Assembly (NCBI GenBank): GCA_964618685.1
Contig: CAZUBL010000001.1
Location: 6,705 to 58,535 of the forward strand
Source: an uncultured Gammaproteobacteria bacterium
Lineage (GTDB): Bacteria > Patescibacteriota > Microgenomatia > UBA1406 > GWC2-37-13
DNA: 51,831 nt
Reading direction: 5' to 3'
Program-made: the position numbers and the translations under genes
Part shown: positions 18,458 through 29,453 of the stretch, piece by piece
Position numbering within the stretch: position 1 is the stretch's first letter
Layout: the number at the start of each line of letters is the position of its first letter
The notes under the pieces: generated by a model
What the model saw: the letters and a program-made list of their open reading frames with translations, nothing else
Databases searched by the model: none
Told to the model about the DNA's origin: nothing

Positions 18458-20134
18458 ATGATATTACTTATTCTTTTTTCTTTTCTTGCTGGGGTGGTCA
18501 CAATCCTTTCTCCTTGTATTCTGCCGGTTCTTCCGGTTATTTTGTCCGGCGGCGTGACTTCGGGAAGATCCAAGCCTTTTGGGATTATTGCCGGATTCGT
18601 GTTGAGTTTTACGTTCTTCACTCTTTTTCTTTCGGCAATTGTCAAGGTGACAGGTCTTTCGGCCGATGCCCTGCGAGGTGTTTCCGTATTTGTTATTCTG
18701 GCATTTGGGCTGAGTCTTGTCATGCCCGGTCTTCAAACCAAGGTTGAAAGGTTATTTTCAAGGTTGGCCGGAAAAACTCCGATTGTAAATAAGGGAGACG
18801 GATTTTTCGGCGGACTCCTTATAGGGTTGAGTCTGGGGCTGATATGGACTCCTTGTGTGGGACCGATACTTGCTTCAATTATCACGCTTGCGGCTTCAAA
18901 CACAATAGCGGTTGGATCAGTCGCAATTACATTCGCTTACGCACTCGGTACGGCAGTTCCGATGATGGTTATTATGTCCGGAGGGAGAACATTATTGGCA
19001 AAGGTTCCGTGGTTGCTTACAAATACCGCTAATATTCAAAGGATTTTCGGAATCCTGATGATTGTTACGGCTTTTTCTATTTTCTTCAATTTTGACCGAC
19101 GTTTTCAAGCATATATCTTGGAAAAATTTCCGGGCTACGGAGTCGGTTTGACAAAACTCGAGGACAATAGGGTCGTCAAGGATGAACTCTTGAAGCTAAA
19201 AGAAAAAGACAGTATTTTAGAAGAGCTGGAAGGCGGTTTTTATCTTCAAGCGCCGGAGCTCATCCAGGGTGGGCGATGGTTTAATTCAGAACCATTAAAA
19301 CTATCTGAACTTAAAGGAAAAGTAATACTCGTTGATTTTTGGACTTATACTTGTATAAATTGCATAAGGACATTCCCGTATTTAAAAAACTGGCACGAGA
19401 AGTACAAAGATATGGGCCTTGTGATCATAGGCGTTCATACTCCCGAATTTGAATTTGAAAAAAATCCCGATAATGTTACCCAAGCAGTGAAAGACTTCGG
19501 GCTCGAGTATCCAATAATGCAGGATAACGATTACGCCACATGGAGAGCTTATAACAATCGTTACTGGCCAGCCAAATATTTTATAGACCATGAGGGGAGA
19601 GTGAGGTCGACCCATTTCGGTGAAGGCGAATACGACGAGTCGGAAAAGATGATCCAGACGCTTCTTAAAGAAGCCGGAAGCCTGGAAAGCGATATGCCGA
19701 TAAAAAATGTTGGTTACCGAAACGAATCTAAAACTCCCGAAACTTACCTAGGGTATAGCCGGATAAATAATTTCTCGTCAGTTGAACCGATCAACCCTGA
19801 TAGTGAATCTCTCTACACAATCCCTTCGGGTTTAAAACCGAATAATTTTGCTTATGGAGGCCGGTGGGTTGTCAAAGACGAAAAAGCCGAGCCGTTTAAG
19901 TCGGCAACGTTGGTTTTCAATTACGAGTCAAAAAATGTTTTCCTCGTAATGGGTCCGAAAGGCAAATCGACGGGATTCGTTAACGTTTACCTCGATGATA
20001 AATTCGTCACTAAGTTGGAGATCAACGAGTACCGGTTATATGACATTATTAAACTCGACCGTTCAGGAAACCATATATTGAGGTTAGAGTTCTTGGATTC
20101 CAACCTAGAGCTTTTTGCTTTCACTTTTGGTTGA
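18458..20134 (+). CDS. dipZ: DipZ-like protein (CcdA/DsbD TM domain + redoxin + C-terminal domain)
   Basis: LSPCILP, WTPCVGP, DFWTYTCINC, GVHTPEF, NRYWPA, TPETYLG, FTFG end. Confidence 0.9.
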   Translation: MILLILFSFLAGVVTILSPCILPVLPVILSGGVTSGRSKPFGIIAGFVLSFTFFTLFLSAIVKVTGLSADALRGVSVFVILAFGLSLVMPGLQTKVERLFSRLAGKTPIVNKGDGFFGGLLIGLSLGLIWTPCVGPILASIITLAASNTIAVGSVAITFAYALGTAVPMMVIMSGGRTLLAKVPWLLTNTANIQRIFGILMIVTAFSIFFNFDRRFQAYILEKFPGYGVGLTKLEDNRVVKDELLKLKEKDSILEELEGGFYLQAPELIQGGRWFNSEPLKLSELKGKVILVDFWTYTCINCIRTFPYLKNWHEKYKDMGLVIIGVHTPEFEFEKNPDNVTQAVKDFGLEYPIMQDNDYATWRAYNNRYWPAKYFIDHEGRVRSTHFGEGEYDESEKMIQTLLKEAGSLESDMPIKNVGYRNESKTPETYLGYSRINNFSSVEPINPDSESLYTIPSGLKPNNFAYGGRWVVKDEKAEPFKSATLVFNYESKNVFLVMGPKGKSTGFVNVYLDDKFVTKLEINEYRLYDIIKLDRSGNHILRLEFLDSNLELFAFTFG

Positions 20135-20231
20135 TGTGCTAAAATGAGATTTTCATGTATCAAACATTTGGGCGGGTTATATTTCGCCCAAATATTGAAG
20201 GAATAACAATAGTTTTTTAATCTTAATAATT

Positions 20232-20789
20232 ATGACTCCATTTGCCCATGTTGCCGCAGGTTACCTTACGACTCAAGCGTTAGACATTTTTAATACGGGT
20301 GTCAATTTCAACACTCCAGGAATTATACTTACGGGAATTATTGCCGCAAACTTTCCCGATCTGGATTTCCTGACTGCAAAAAACAAAGTCCACCACAGAA
20401 ACACTTGGACCCACGCACCTTTATTTTGGCTATTAGTAGTCGGGGCGCTGTTTGTGGTTGCTGGATTTATCAATAACGACCAGTTCAATTCTTACTTGCT
20501 GGTATTTAGTTTGGGACTGGCTTCGCATTTTCTTACTGACTGGTTTGCGGCCAGGGAAGAGGAGTACGGAGGAATCAGGTTGTTCTTCCCGTTTTCTAAA
20601 AAACATTACGGATTTATGAGATTGAAGGAGCCAAAGTATAAAGATATGAATGACTTTAATTTAGGTAAATACCTGAAGTATTATATGGAAAATGCCTTTC
20701 TTTTTTATTCCGAAGTTTTCCTTATCCTTTTCGGGTTGGCGGTTTTCTTAAGTAGGAGTCTCTCGGTTTTCATGGGAATCTTTCAATAA
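20232..20789 (+). CDS. Membrane metal-dependent hydrolase (YdjM-like)
   Basis: H at N-terminus, PDLD, HR..THA, SHF.TD motifs. Confidence 0.85.
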   Translation: MTPFAHVAAGYLTTQALDIFNTGVNFNTPGIILTGIIAANFPDLDFLTAKNKVHHRNTWTHAPLFWLLVVGALFVVAGFINNDQFNSYLLVFSLGLASHFLTDWFAAREEEYGGIRLFFPFSKKHYGFMRLKEPKYKDMNDFNLGKYLKYYMENAFLFYSEVFLILFGLAVFLSRSLSVFMGIFQ

Positions 20790-20844
20790 TATATCTTACC
20801 CCATCGATAATCACATATTGTTGTATATAATAGTAAATAACCAT

Positions 20845-21765
20845 ATGGATAATAAAACAAAAGTGTCGGTTGTTGGGTGCGGAAAAGTCGGAATCACTGC
20901 GGCGTATACAATGTATCTTAAAAACTCCATAAACGAAATTGTTCTTTACGACAGGAATCGCGAAAAGGTCGCCGCCGAAAGGTTGGACTTTCTTCATTCG
21001 TTGTCTTTTTTGGGTAACACAAAAGTTAACATCGCCGAAAATATCGAAGATCTCAAGGGTAGCGACGTTATAGTCTACGCAACGGGCGCCGCCCAGGTTA
21101 AAGGCGAAACGCGTTTGGATCTTGTCAAAAGAAATACGGAAATTTTGGAATCGGTTTTACCCGAAATTTTAAAATACTCACCGGAAAGCACTATTCTTAT
21201 CGTTTCCAATCCGGTTGATATTCTAACCCATAAAGCCAACGAAATAACCAAACTGAAAAAAGGCAGAATTTTCGGTTCAGGGACGACTCTGGATACCGCC
21301 AGGTTCCGATATTATCTTTCAGAAGCTTTAGACGTCAACCCGATAAACATCCACGGTTATATACTGGGAGAACACGGGGACAGTTCTTTTCCGACGGTAT
21401 CGACCGCCAATATTGGAGGCGAGCCAATAACCGAAATGAAAGGGGCTTCATATGGTATGGTTATGGAGGCATATAAGAAAGCCCGTAATGCGGCATACGA
21501 AATCATTGCCGGAAAAGGTGCCACTTACTATTCGATCGCCGTTGTGATCGATCAGTTGGTCGCCGCCGTTCTCACCGACAGCAAACGGATTTTTCCGGTA
21601 TCCGTACCAATGGACGGGGAGTATGGTATAAGCGGGATTTCGATGAGCGTACCTTGTGTTCTGGGTAAGAATGGCGTTGAGAAAATAATTGAACTTAATC
21701 TGTCCGATGAGGAAAAAAAGATGATGAAGGAATCGGCGGAAACTTTAAAGAAATTTATTAAATAA
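20845..21765 (+). CDS. ldh: L-lactate dehydrogenase
   Basis: GCGKVG, AQVKGETRLDL (LDH-type Gln), SNPVD, GTTLDTARFR, GEHGDS. Confidence 0.92.
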   Translation: MDNKTKVSVVGCGKVGITAAYTMYLKNSINEIVLYDRNREKVAAERLDFLHSLSFLGNTKVNIAENIEDLKGSDVIVYATGAAQVKGETRLDLVKRNTEILESVLPEILKYSPESTILIVSNPVDILTHKANEITKLKKGRIFGSGTTLDTARFRYYLSEALDVNPINIHGYILGEHGDSSFPTVSTANIGGEPITEMKGASYGMVMEAYKKARNAAYEIIAGKGATYYSIAVVIDQLVAAVLTDSKRIFPVSVPMDGEYGISGISMSVPCVLGKNGVEKIIELNLSDEEKKMMKESAETLKKFIK

Positions 21766-23114
21766 TGGAGTTTCAAATAATATTCAAGCTTCTTATGGCT
21801 CTTGTTTTGGGAGCCGTCATAGGTCTTGAAAGAGAGTCTTACGAGAGAAAGATAGACAGAACACCTCAAAATGGCATAGGTAGTCTTGGTGTAAGGAGCT
21901 TTTCACTGATAACCACGCTCGGTGCGGTCGCCGGACTCTTATATAACAGTCACAATAGCTTATATCTAATTATTTCGATAACCTTCATGACGCTTCTAAT
22001 CGTTTATTATATCGTTGGAAGTTTTTTAACTAAAGATAATGGAATTACCACTGAATTGGCGATAATATTCAGTTATCTCATTGGAGTATTTGTATCAATT
22101 GAAGTATTCTCAAATCAACTTATAATTGCCCTCGTCGTTGTTATTGTTGGCATAATGTCGATTAAAGAAAAGCTTCAAGGTTTTATCGCCGGGGTCAAGG
22201 AAACCGAGTTGGCTGCTTTTTTAAGTTACGCCATAGTAGCGTTGGTGATTCTGCCTTTTTTGCCTAATGTGAATTACTCCATAAATAATATTCCTGGGAT
22301 AGCCACTCTAATGTCCAATTTTGGGGTCAACTTAGATAGAATAATCAACCTCCCTCTCGTCAATCCGTTTAATATTTGGAGAGTCGTTGTAATCATAACT
22401 GGCGTCGATATTCTTGGGTATGTTTTGGAAAAAACCATCGGTCAAAAAAAGGGCTGGATAATGACGTCACTTGCCGGCGGATTCATTTCCTCAACGTCAA
22501 CTACCCAGTCCTTAGCACAAAAAAGCAGGAAATCATCAAACATCAATAAATTGACAGCGGCTGCGGTGCTTGCGAATTTTTCCAGCTTTATACAACAAAT
22601 GATCGTAATTGTTTCGGTCAATACTGTCTTTTTCGTTAGGAGCATATCCTATGTTTTTTCTTTAATTTTTTCGTCATTGTTTCTTGTCGTATATTTTATG
22701 AACAAGGAGGAGAAAAACAAGGTCGATATCACGGAAACAAAAGAGCAGTTACAGAACGATAAAATATTTTCGCTGGGGCCAGCCTTGAAGTTTGCTTTCA
22801 TTTTTCTTTTTGTAACAATTATTACCAGAATTTCTCTGGTCTTCTTCGGGGATAGTGGATTTTTGGTGTCAAATGCGCTCGCAGCTGTAACCGGGCTAGA
22901 TGCAACTACGATTAACGTTTCTCAGTTGGCGGGAGGAGGAATAACCTATCAGGTGGCCGTCCTCGCCCTTATTGCCGCAAATGCCGTCAATCTTATAGCT
23001 AAATCTATATATGGGTTTATCCAAGGAGACAGGAGATTTGCCGTCAATTTCTTTGTAAGTTCGCTGGTGATGATAGGCGCAAGTGTATTGGCGTTCGTAT
23101 TTTTTATTTTATAA
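21765..23114 (+). CDS. MgtC/SapB family membrane protein with DUF4010
   Basis: GAVIGLERE, GVRSF, GITTE, LPFLP, GGFISSTSTT, GLDA. Confidence 0.88.
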   Translation: MEFQIIFKLLMALVLGAVIGLERESYERKIDRTPQNGIGSLGVRSFSLITTLGAVAGLLYNSHNSLYLIISITFMTLLIVYYIVGSFLTKDNGITTELAIIFSYLIGVFVSIEVFSNQLIIALVVVIVGIMSIKEKLQGFIAGVKETELAAFLSYAIVALVILPFLPNVNYSINNIPGIATLMSNFGVNLDRIINLPLVNPFNIWRVVVIITGVDILGYVLEKTIGQKKGWIMTSLAGGFISSTSTTQSLAQKSRKSSNINKLTAAAVLANFSSFIQQMIVIVSVNTVFFVRSISYVFSLIFSSLFLVVYFMNKEEKNKVDITETKEQLQNDKIFSLGPALKFAFIFLFVTIITRISLVFFGDSGFLVSNALAAVTGLDATTINVSQLAGGGITYQVAVLALIAANAVNLIAKSIYGFIQGDRRFAVNFFVSSLVMIGASVLAFVFFIL

Positions 23115-23805
23115 CGACGGTGATTTCACCCCTATAGTCGCGGTCCATCAATTGACTGGCTTTGCCCCTCACAATTTCCTCAAATTTCTTGGTCATCTCA
23201 CGACATACGGCAATATCGGGGTCCCAGCCTGAATCATTCAGTGTCTTGAGCGTTTCCTTTATCCTGTGGGGAGATTCATAAAAAATAAAAACCATTTCAG
23301 GAAAAAGGGCTCTACTCTTAACCATTTTATCGATAAGCCGTTTGCCGTCGGCGGGCTTTTTAGGAAAAAACCCTAAAAATGAAAAGCCACTGTGTTTCGG
23401 CGAAGGATTGAATCCTGAATATAAAAGCGCGGTGATGACTGCTGATGGACCGGGTATGACCACAAATGGAATTTTTTCCTTGACGGCAGTTTTGACTAAT
23501 AGATATCCGGGATCGGATACAAGGGGAGTGCCGTTTTCGCTAATAAGCGAGATCTCTTTTCCATCTTTAAGTAACGCTATAATTTCCGGAAGCTTTTCGA
23601 ACTCCCTTTCTTTATAATAAGAAACTATGGTCGGTTTGTGGTCGACAGCGGTGAGTTCTGGAAACTGTGTGCCGATAAATCGAGCCAGGGTACTGTATGA
23701 ACGGCTGTCCTCGGCAAGAATGTAATGTGAAGACATAAGTGTTTTTGCCTGGCGAATCGATAAATCATCTAGATTACCAATAGGGGTTGATATAATATAA
23801 AGCAT
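23104..23805 (-). CDS. rsmI: 16S rRNA (cytidine1402-2'-O)-methyltransferase
   Basis: LYIISTPIGNLDD, AEDSR, SENGTPLVSDPG, PGPSA, YESPHR, REMTKKFEE. Confidence 0.95.
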   Translation of the reverse strand: MLYIISTPIGNLDDLSIRQAKTLMSSHYILAEDSRSYSTLARFIGTQFPELTAVDHKPTIVSYYKEREFEKLPEIIALLKDGKEISLISENGTPLVSDPGYLLVKTAVKEKIPFVVIPGPSAVITALLYSGFNPSPKHSGFSFLGFFPKKPADGKRLIDKMVKSRALFPEMVFIFYESPHRIKETLKTLNDSGWDPDIAVCREMTKKFEEIVRGKASQLMDRDYRGEITVVIK

Positions 23806-24414
23806 ATGAAAGAAATTTTAATTGATTTTATAAACTCATCCGTCAATTCCAATTATAGCTTATTGATACTCGGAATATTGTCTTTTGCCGAATCGTCGTT
23901 TTTTCCGATTCCCCCCGATACCATAATGATTCCGATGGCATTGGTCAATTCCAAACTTGCGATCTTCTACGCGTTTTTGACGACAGTAAGTTCGGTTCTC
24001 GGCGGACTTTTCGGTTATTTCATAGGGTATAAAGGCGGAAGACCGATCGTGAAGAGATTCATATCAGAGGAAAAGCTTTATCAAGTGAAACTGCTTTATC
24101 AGAAATATGACGTTTGGGCGATAGTCTTGGCCGGCTTTTCACCTATTCCCTATAAAATATTTACTATTGCAGCCGGTCTATTTGAGCTTGACGTCAAAAG
24201 GTTCATGATTGCTTCTTTCATCGGCCGAGGGGGCAGATTTTTCCTGGTAGGTATATTGATTTACCTTTTTGGTGACCGGATTAAGGATTTTCTCAACAAT
24301 TATCTGGAGCTTGTCATAATCGCTCTGACCGTCCTGTTGGTCGGAGGATTCATTGTCGTCAATAAGTTTTTGTCAAAACCAAAAGTTCCTGTTCAAAATA
24401 AGGAAACCTCCTGA
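23806..24414 (+). CDS. DedA family membrane protein (YqaA-like)
   Basis: SFAESSFFPIPPD, SPIPYKIFTIAAG, GRGGRF. Confidence 0.9.
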   Translation: MKEILIDFINSSVNSNYSLLILGILSFAESSFFPIPPDTIMIPMALVNSKLAIFYAFLTTVSSVLGGLFGYFIGYKGGRPIVKRFISEEKLYQVKLLYQKYDVWAIVLAGFSPIPYKIFTIAAGLFELDVKRFMIASFIGRGGRFFLVGILIYLFGDRIKDFLNNYLELVIIALTVLLVGGFIVVNKFLSKPKVPVQNKETS

Positions 24415-24498
24415 AGTGTGCTTCGATAGCCATATAAGTATATTCTTGCCAACTAATACGTTTTTAGTGTAAAATGAAAGGTTGCAATTTTCCTATAG

Positions 24499-26496
24499 AT
24501 GTTCAACCTCAAATCCGCTTTTATCCCAACCGGAGACCAGCCCGAGGCCATAAAAGGCTTGGTTAATGGAGTGGAGGAAAACCTCAAAAACCAGGTCTTA
24601 ATTGGAGTGACCGGATCGGGGAAGACCTTTACCATGGCCAATGTTATCGAGAAAACGAAGCTTCCAACATTGATAATTTCCCACAATAAGACATTGGCTG
24701 GACAACTCTATCAGGAATTTAGGGATTTTTTTCCTAATAACGCTGTTTCCTATTTTGTTTCATACTACGATTACTATCAGCCGGAAGCGTATATCCCAAC
24801 GACCGACACCTATATCGAAAAGGAGGCCCAGATAAACGAGACAATCGATAAATTAAGGTTGGCCTCAACGACAAACATTTTGACACGAAGTGACGTTATC
24901 GTCGTAGCCTCAGTTTCGTGCATATATAATATCGGATCTCCACAAGAATACGGCAAATTCGTCCTTGAGATTGAAGTGGGTCAACCCGGAGACCAAAAAG
25001 CGATCGCCCGTCGGTTGGTTGAGCTTCAATACGAAAGAAGCGAATTTGAATTCAAGAGGGGAACATTCAGGGTAAGGGGGGACAGGATGGACATATACCC
25101 GGCGTATGAAGATAACGGGTACAGGGTTATTATAAAAAACGGCCAGGTCGAGAAAATAAGCCGCTTTGAACCCATATCCGGCAAGATAATTGGTACACCC
25201 CAAGAAACGTCAAAAACCATAATATATCCGGCCAAACACTATATGATGAATCCCGAAGTCTTTAAGAAGGTTGAAAAGCAGATTAGGGAAGATCTCAGGA
25301 ATGAATCCGAGTCTCTGAAGAAAAAAGGCAAGCTTCTTGAAGCAGAAAGACTCATAAGGCGCGTCAACTACGACCTTGAAATGATCTCTGAGATGGGTTA
25401 CGTCAACGGTATCGAAAATTACTCCAGGTATTTTGACGGCCGCAAGATAGGCGATCCGCCTTATTCGCTTTTGGAATACTTCAGACAGACTTACGGAGAC
25501 GACTGGCTTTTGTTTATTGATGAGTCCCATATGACCGTTCCGCAGTTGAGAGGCATGTACAATGGTGACGCTTCGCGTAAGAAAACCCTCATCGATTTCG
25601 GATTCAGACTGAAGGCGTCTTACGATAACCGGCCACTTAAATTTGAGGAATTCTACCCGGCGCCGTCGAAAATTATCTACGTTTCGGCGACCCCCGACAC
25701 ATGGGAGCTTGAACGGTCAAAAGTTGTTGAGCAGTTAATCCGTCCAACCGGGATTATTGACCCCGAGATTATTATCAGGCCGTCATCTGGCGAGATACCA
25801 GACCTAATTTCGGAAATAGAAAAAAGAGCCGCCAAAAAGGAGAAGGTCTTAGTGACGACCCTGACCAAAAAAACCGCCGAGGATTTGACTACCTATCTGA
25901 CGGAAAAAAACATAAGAGCGTCGTACCTCCATTCCGATATCCAGACTCTTGAAAGGTCGGATATTCTTGACAACTTAAGAAAAGGTGAGTTTGACGTACT
26001 TATTGGCGTCAATCTCTTGAGAGAGGGATTGGACCTTCCCGAAGTATCGCTCGTTGCCATATTGGACGCCGATCAGGAGGGGTTCTTAAGATCGTATACG
26101 TCACTCATCCAAACCATGGGAAGGGCGGCTCGCAACATTACCGGTCAGGTCATCGTCTACGCCGATAAAATGACAAAGTCAATCAATAAGGCCGTCTCTG
26201 AGATTGAAAGAAGAAGGATTTACCAGACGGAGTACAACAAGAAGCATAATATCACTCCCAAAACGATCATAAAACCGATTAGGGAAAGGATTACAAATGA
26301 GGAGCACGTAGATCAGGTATACGACCGAAAGATAGACGGCAACTTTTTGGACAAGATAGACACCAATTCCCTAACGCCCTACGACAGAAAAAAAGTTGTT
26401 AAGAAGATGGAAACGGAGATGAAGCGGCAGGCAGAGAATCTGAACTTCGAGACAGCCATTAGGATAAGGGAAAAAATAAAGGAGTTAAAGAAATAA
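24499..26496 (+). CDS. uvrB: Excinuclease ABC subunit B
   Basis: PTGDQPEAI, GVTGSGKT, YYDYYQPEAY, DESH, QTMGRAAR, C-terminal UVR domain. Confidence 0.99.
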   Translation: MFNLKSAFIPTGDQPEAIKGLVNGVEENLKNQVLIGVTGSGKTFTMANVIEKTKLPTLIISHNKTLAGQLYQEFRDFFPNNAVSYFVSYYDYYQPEAYIPTTDTYIEKEAQINETIDKLRLASTTNILTRSDVIVVASVSCIYNIGSPQEYGKFVLEIEVGQPGDQKAIARRLVELQYERSEFEFKRGTFRVRGDRMDIYPAYEDNGYRVIIKNGQVEKISRFEPISGKIIGTPQETSKTIIYPAKHYMMNPEVFKKVEKQIREDLRNESESLKKKGKLLEAERLIRRVNYDLEMISEMGYVNGIENYSRYFDGRKIGDPPYSLLEYFRQTYGDDWLLFIDESHMTVPQLRGMYNGDASRKKTLIDFGFRLKASYDNRPLKFEEFYPAPSKIIYVSATPDTWELERSKVVEQLIRPTGIIDPEIIIRPSSGEIPDLISEIEKRAAKKEKVLVTTLTKKTAEDLTTYLTEKNIRASYLHSDIQTLERSDILDNLRKGEFDVLIGVNLLREGLDLPEVSLVAILDADQEGFLRSYTSLIQTMGRAARNITGQVIVYADKMTKSINKAVSEIERRRIYQTEYNKKHNITPKTIIKPIRERITNEEHVDQVYDRKIDGNFLDKIDTNSLTPYDRKKVVKKMETEMKRQAENLNFETAIRIREKIKELKK

Positions 26497-26568
26497 ATTA
26501 TTTCGGCAAATTTTCTTGCCAATTGTTTAGCAAATTATGATAGTCTTTTCATCTTAACAATAATAAAT

Positions 26569-29448
26569 ATGGATTACATAAAAATAAAAGGCGCCAGACA
26601 ACACAACCTGAAAAACATTTCGGTCGATATTCCCAAAAACAAGTTTGTCGTTATGACGGGAATATCGGGATCTGGTAAGTCCAGCCTGGCTTTTGATACG
26701 ATTTATGCCGAAGGTCAGCGTCGGTATGTCGAATCTCTTTCGGCTTACGCCCGACAGTTCCTAGGGATTATGGACAAACCGGACGTTGATTCTATAGATG
26801 GACTCTCCCCTTCAATTTCAATTGACCAGAAGACGACTTCTCACAACCCCCGGTCGACCGTAGGAACGATTACCGAAATCTATGATTTCTTCAGGCTTCT
26901 TTATGCCAAGATTGGCCATCCTCATTGTCCCAATTGTGGACGTGAGATAGCCAAGATGTCGGTCGACGAAATCGTTGACAAGGTCGTTTCTCAACTTGAA
27001 ACGGCGGTTTTGAAAAATAAAATAAGACCCCACAGTTTTTCTCTACTGTCTCCCATAGTCCGGGGGAAAAAGGGGGAGTTCAGGGAACTATTCGACAACT
27101 TACGGAGTAAGGGATTCTCGAATATCATAGTTGACAGCAAGGAGAAGAGCCTAGACGAGGAGGTTGACCTCATAAAGACCAATAAGCACGCAATATCGGC
27201 GGTCATCGACCGGTTCAACGCTTCACACAAGGAAATCAAAGATAAGGTATTTTTGGCTAATTTGAGATCTCGGTTGACCAATTCGATAGAACAGTCCCTA
27301 AATCTTTCGGAGGGTCTTGTTATCCTTAAAGAAGATAAGGAAGAGCATCTTTATTCCGAAAAGTTCTCCTGTCCGGTCTGCAATATTTCCCTGCCGGAAC
27401 TGGAGCCGAGGATATTTTCTTTCAATTCACCAATAGGCGCTTGTGAGCAGTGTCGAGGAATCGGAACCATTCATGCGGTTGACGAAAATCTTATTCTCAA
27501 TCCCAAACTGACGATTCTCGAAGGCGGAATCCTGCCGTTTAATAAACTGTTTTTCCACGAAACCTGGTATGTCAGACTCATAAAGACGATGTGTGATCAG
27601 GAGGGAATCGACATGAATAAACCCATAAGCCAGCTTGAAAAGGACCAGGTTAAGACGCTTCTTCATGGAACGGCAGGGAAGGTTTACCGCGTTCCGGGAG
27701 TCAACCGCTACGGAAAACCGACGACGATCTTTGAGAAGTTTGACGGAATAGTCGCCGAACTTGAAAGGCGGTATTACAATGCGACCGGAGAATGGGCGGT
27801 TGGAGAAATCCAGAAATACATGAGGGAGGAAGTATGTCCCACCTGCCACGGTGCCAAGTTGAAAAAAGAAGTCTTGGCGGTAACGATAGACAAGATTAAT
27901 ATATCGGAGTTTTCTGACAAGTCTATAGATTATCTGGTCAATTATCTGGACAACAGATTGCCCAAGGTGATGAACGCATACGAAGAACAAATTGCCAGAC
28001 CGATCGTTAAGGAAATCAAGACCAGGATCAAATTTTTATTCGACGTCGGTCTTTCATATTTGACAATTTCCCGTACCGCCAAAACCCTGTCGGGTGGAGA
28101 GTTACAAAGGATAAGGTTAGCTTCCCAGATAGGTACGGGATTAACGGGCGTACTTTATGTTTTGGACGAACCCTCAATCGGTCTTCATCCAAAAGACGTG
28201 TCGTCTTTAATCGAGAGCCTTAAGAATCTAAAGGATTTGGGGAATACTCTTATAGTCGTAGAACACGATCGGGAAACCATCGAATCGGCCGATCATTTGA
28301 TTGAGCTTGGGCCGTTTGCCGGAAAACGGGGAGGGGAGATAATCTTTGACGGGTCGCTCAATGAAATGATGAAATCGAAAAAATCTCTAACGGGTATTTT
28401 TTTGCGGGGCGAGAAGAAAATAGAAATCGCCAAAAAACCCTTAAACAAAACCCAGGGAGCGATAAGGTTGTCGGGGGCAAAGCAGTTCAATCTCAAAAAT
28501 ATAGACATAGAGCTACCGCTTGGAAACCTCATCGCGGTAACCGGAGTCTCGGGATCGGGCAAATCAACTTTAGTTGTTGAGACTTTGTACCCGGCCTTAC
28601 GGTATCATCTTGACGGCTACTATTCCGGGATGATGGGCGACTTCATGAGGTTTGAAGGCCAGCAGTATCTTGATCGGGTTTATCTTGTTGACCAGTCACC
28701 GATAGGGAGGACTCCAAGAAGTAATCCTGCAACCTATGTCGGCTTTTTTGATGAGATAAGACAGGTTTTTGCCGACATGCCCGAAGCCCGTGAAAGAGGA
28801 TTTCAAAAAGGTCGGTTCTCATTTAATGTCAAGGGGGGGCGCTGCGAAAAATGTCAGGGCGCCGGAGTCATTAAAATCGAGATGCAGTTTCTGTCAGACG
28901 TTTATGTGACCTGCGATGTTTGCGACGGACATCGCTACAATAAGGAGACTCTTGAAGTCAAATATAAAGGGAAGAATATCTCCGACGTCCTCAAGATGAC
29001 GGTCACCGAGGCGACCGAGTTTTTCCAGAATCATTTTCCGATCTTTACCAAACTTCAGTTTTTGGAACACACTGGTTTGGGATACTTGGAACTCGGACAA
29101 CCGGCTCCGACTCTTTCGGGAGGTGAGGCGCAACGGCTTAAACTGGCAACCGAACTGTCTAGGCGCGATTCGGGGCGAACTCTTTACATTCTTGACGAAC
29201 CAACGACCGGCCTTCATTTTTATGACATCCAAAAACTCATTTCGACTCTGAGTGACCTGGTCTCCCGGGGAAATACGGTTGTTGTTATCGAACACAACCT
29301 TGATGTTATTAAAAACTGCCAATATATCGTTGACCTTGGGCCGTCAGGAGGTAATCAAGGAGGTCAGATCGTATACCAGGGGGAGCTCGAAGGGATTGTC
29401 AAGGCAAAGAACTCGTACACGGGACAATATTTGAGTAAAATGAAGTAA
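26569..29448 (+). CDS. uvrA: Excinuclease ABC subunit A
   Basis: GARQHNLKN, two ABC ATPase modules, zinc fingers. Confidence 0.99.
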   Translation: MDYIKIKGARQHNLKNISVDIPKNKFVVMTGISGSGKSSLAFDTIYAEGQRRYVESLSAYARQFLGIMDKPDVDSIDGLSPSISIDQKTTSHNPRSTVGTITEIYDFFRLLYAKIGHPHCPNCGREIAKMSVDEIVDKVVSQLETAVLKNKIRPHSFSLLSPIVRGKKGEFRELFDNLRSKGFSNIIVDSKEKSLDEEVDLIKTNKHAISAVIDRFNASHKEIKDKVFLANLRSRLTNSIEQSLNLSEGLVILKEDKEEHLYSEKFSCPVCNISLPELEPRIFSFNSPIGACEQCRGIGTIHAVDENLILNPKLTILEGGILPFNKLFFHETWYVRLIKTMCDQEGIDMNKPISQLEKDQVKTLLHGTAGKVYRVPGVNRYGKPTTIFEKFDGIVAELERRYYNATGEWAVGEIQKYMREEVCPTCHGAKLKKEVLAVTIDKINISEFSDKSIDYLVNYLDNRLPKVMNAYEEQIARPIVKEIKTRIKFLFDVGLSYLTISRTAKTLSGGELQRIRLASQIGTGLTGVLYVLDEPSIGLHPKDVSSLIESLKNLKDLGNTLIVVEHDRETIESADHLIELGPFAGKRGGEIIFDGSLNEMMKSKKSLTGIFLRGEKKIEIAKKPLNKTQGAIRLSGAKQFNLKNIDIELPLGNLIAVTGVSGSGKSTLVVETLYPALRYHLDGYYSGMMGDFMRFEGQQYLDRVYLVDQSPIGRTPRSNPATYVGFFDEIRQVFADMPEARERGFQKGRFSFNVKGGRCEKCQGAGVIKIEMQFLSDVYVTCDVCDGHRYNKETLEVKYKGKNISDVLKMTVTEATEFFQNHFPIFTKLQFLEHTGLGYLELGQPAPTLSGGEAQRLKLATELSRRDSGRTLYILDEPTTGLHFYDIQKLISTLSDLVSRGNTVVVIEHNLDVIKNCQYIVDLGPSGGNQGGQIVYQGELEGIVKAKNSYTGQYLSKMK

Positions 29449-29453
29449 GAGTT

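Noticed and set aside
24415-24498. LexA/SOS box upstream of uvrB
   Set aside because: No GAAC-N4-GTTC or CTGT-N8-ACAG palindrome found.
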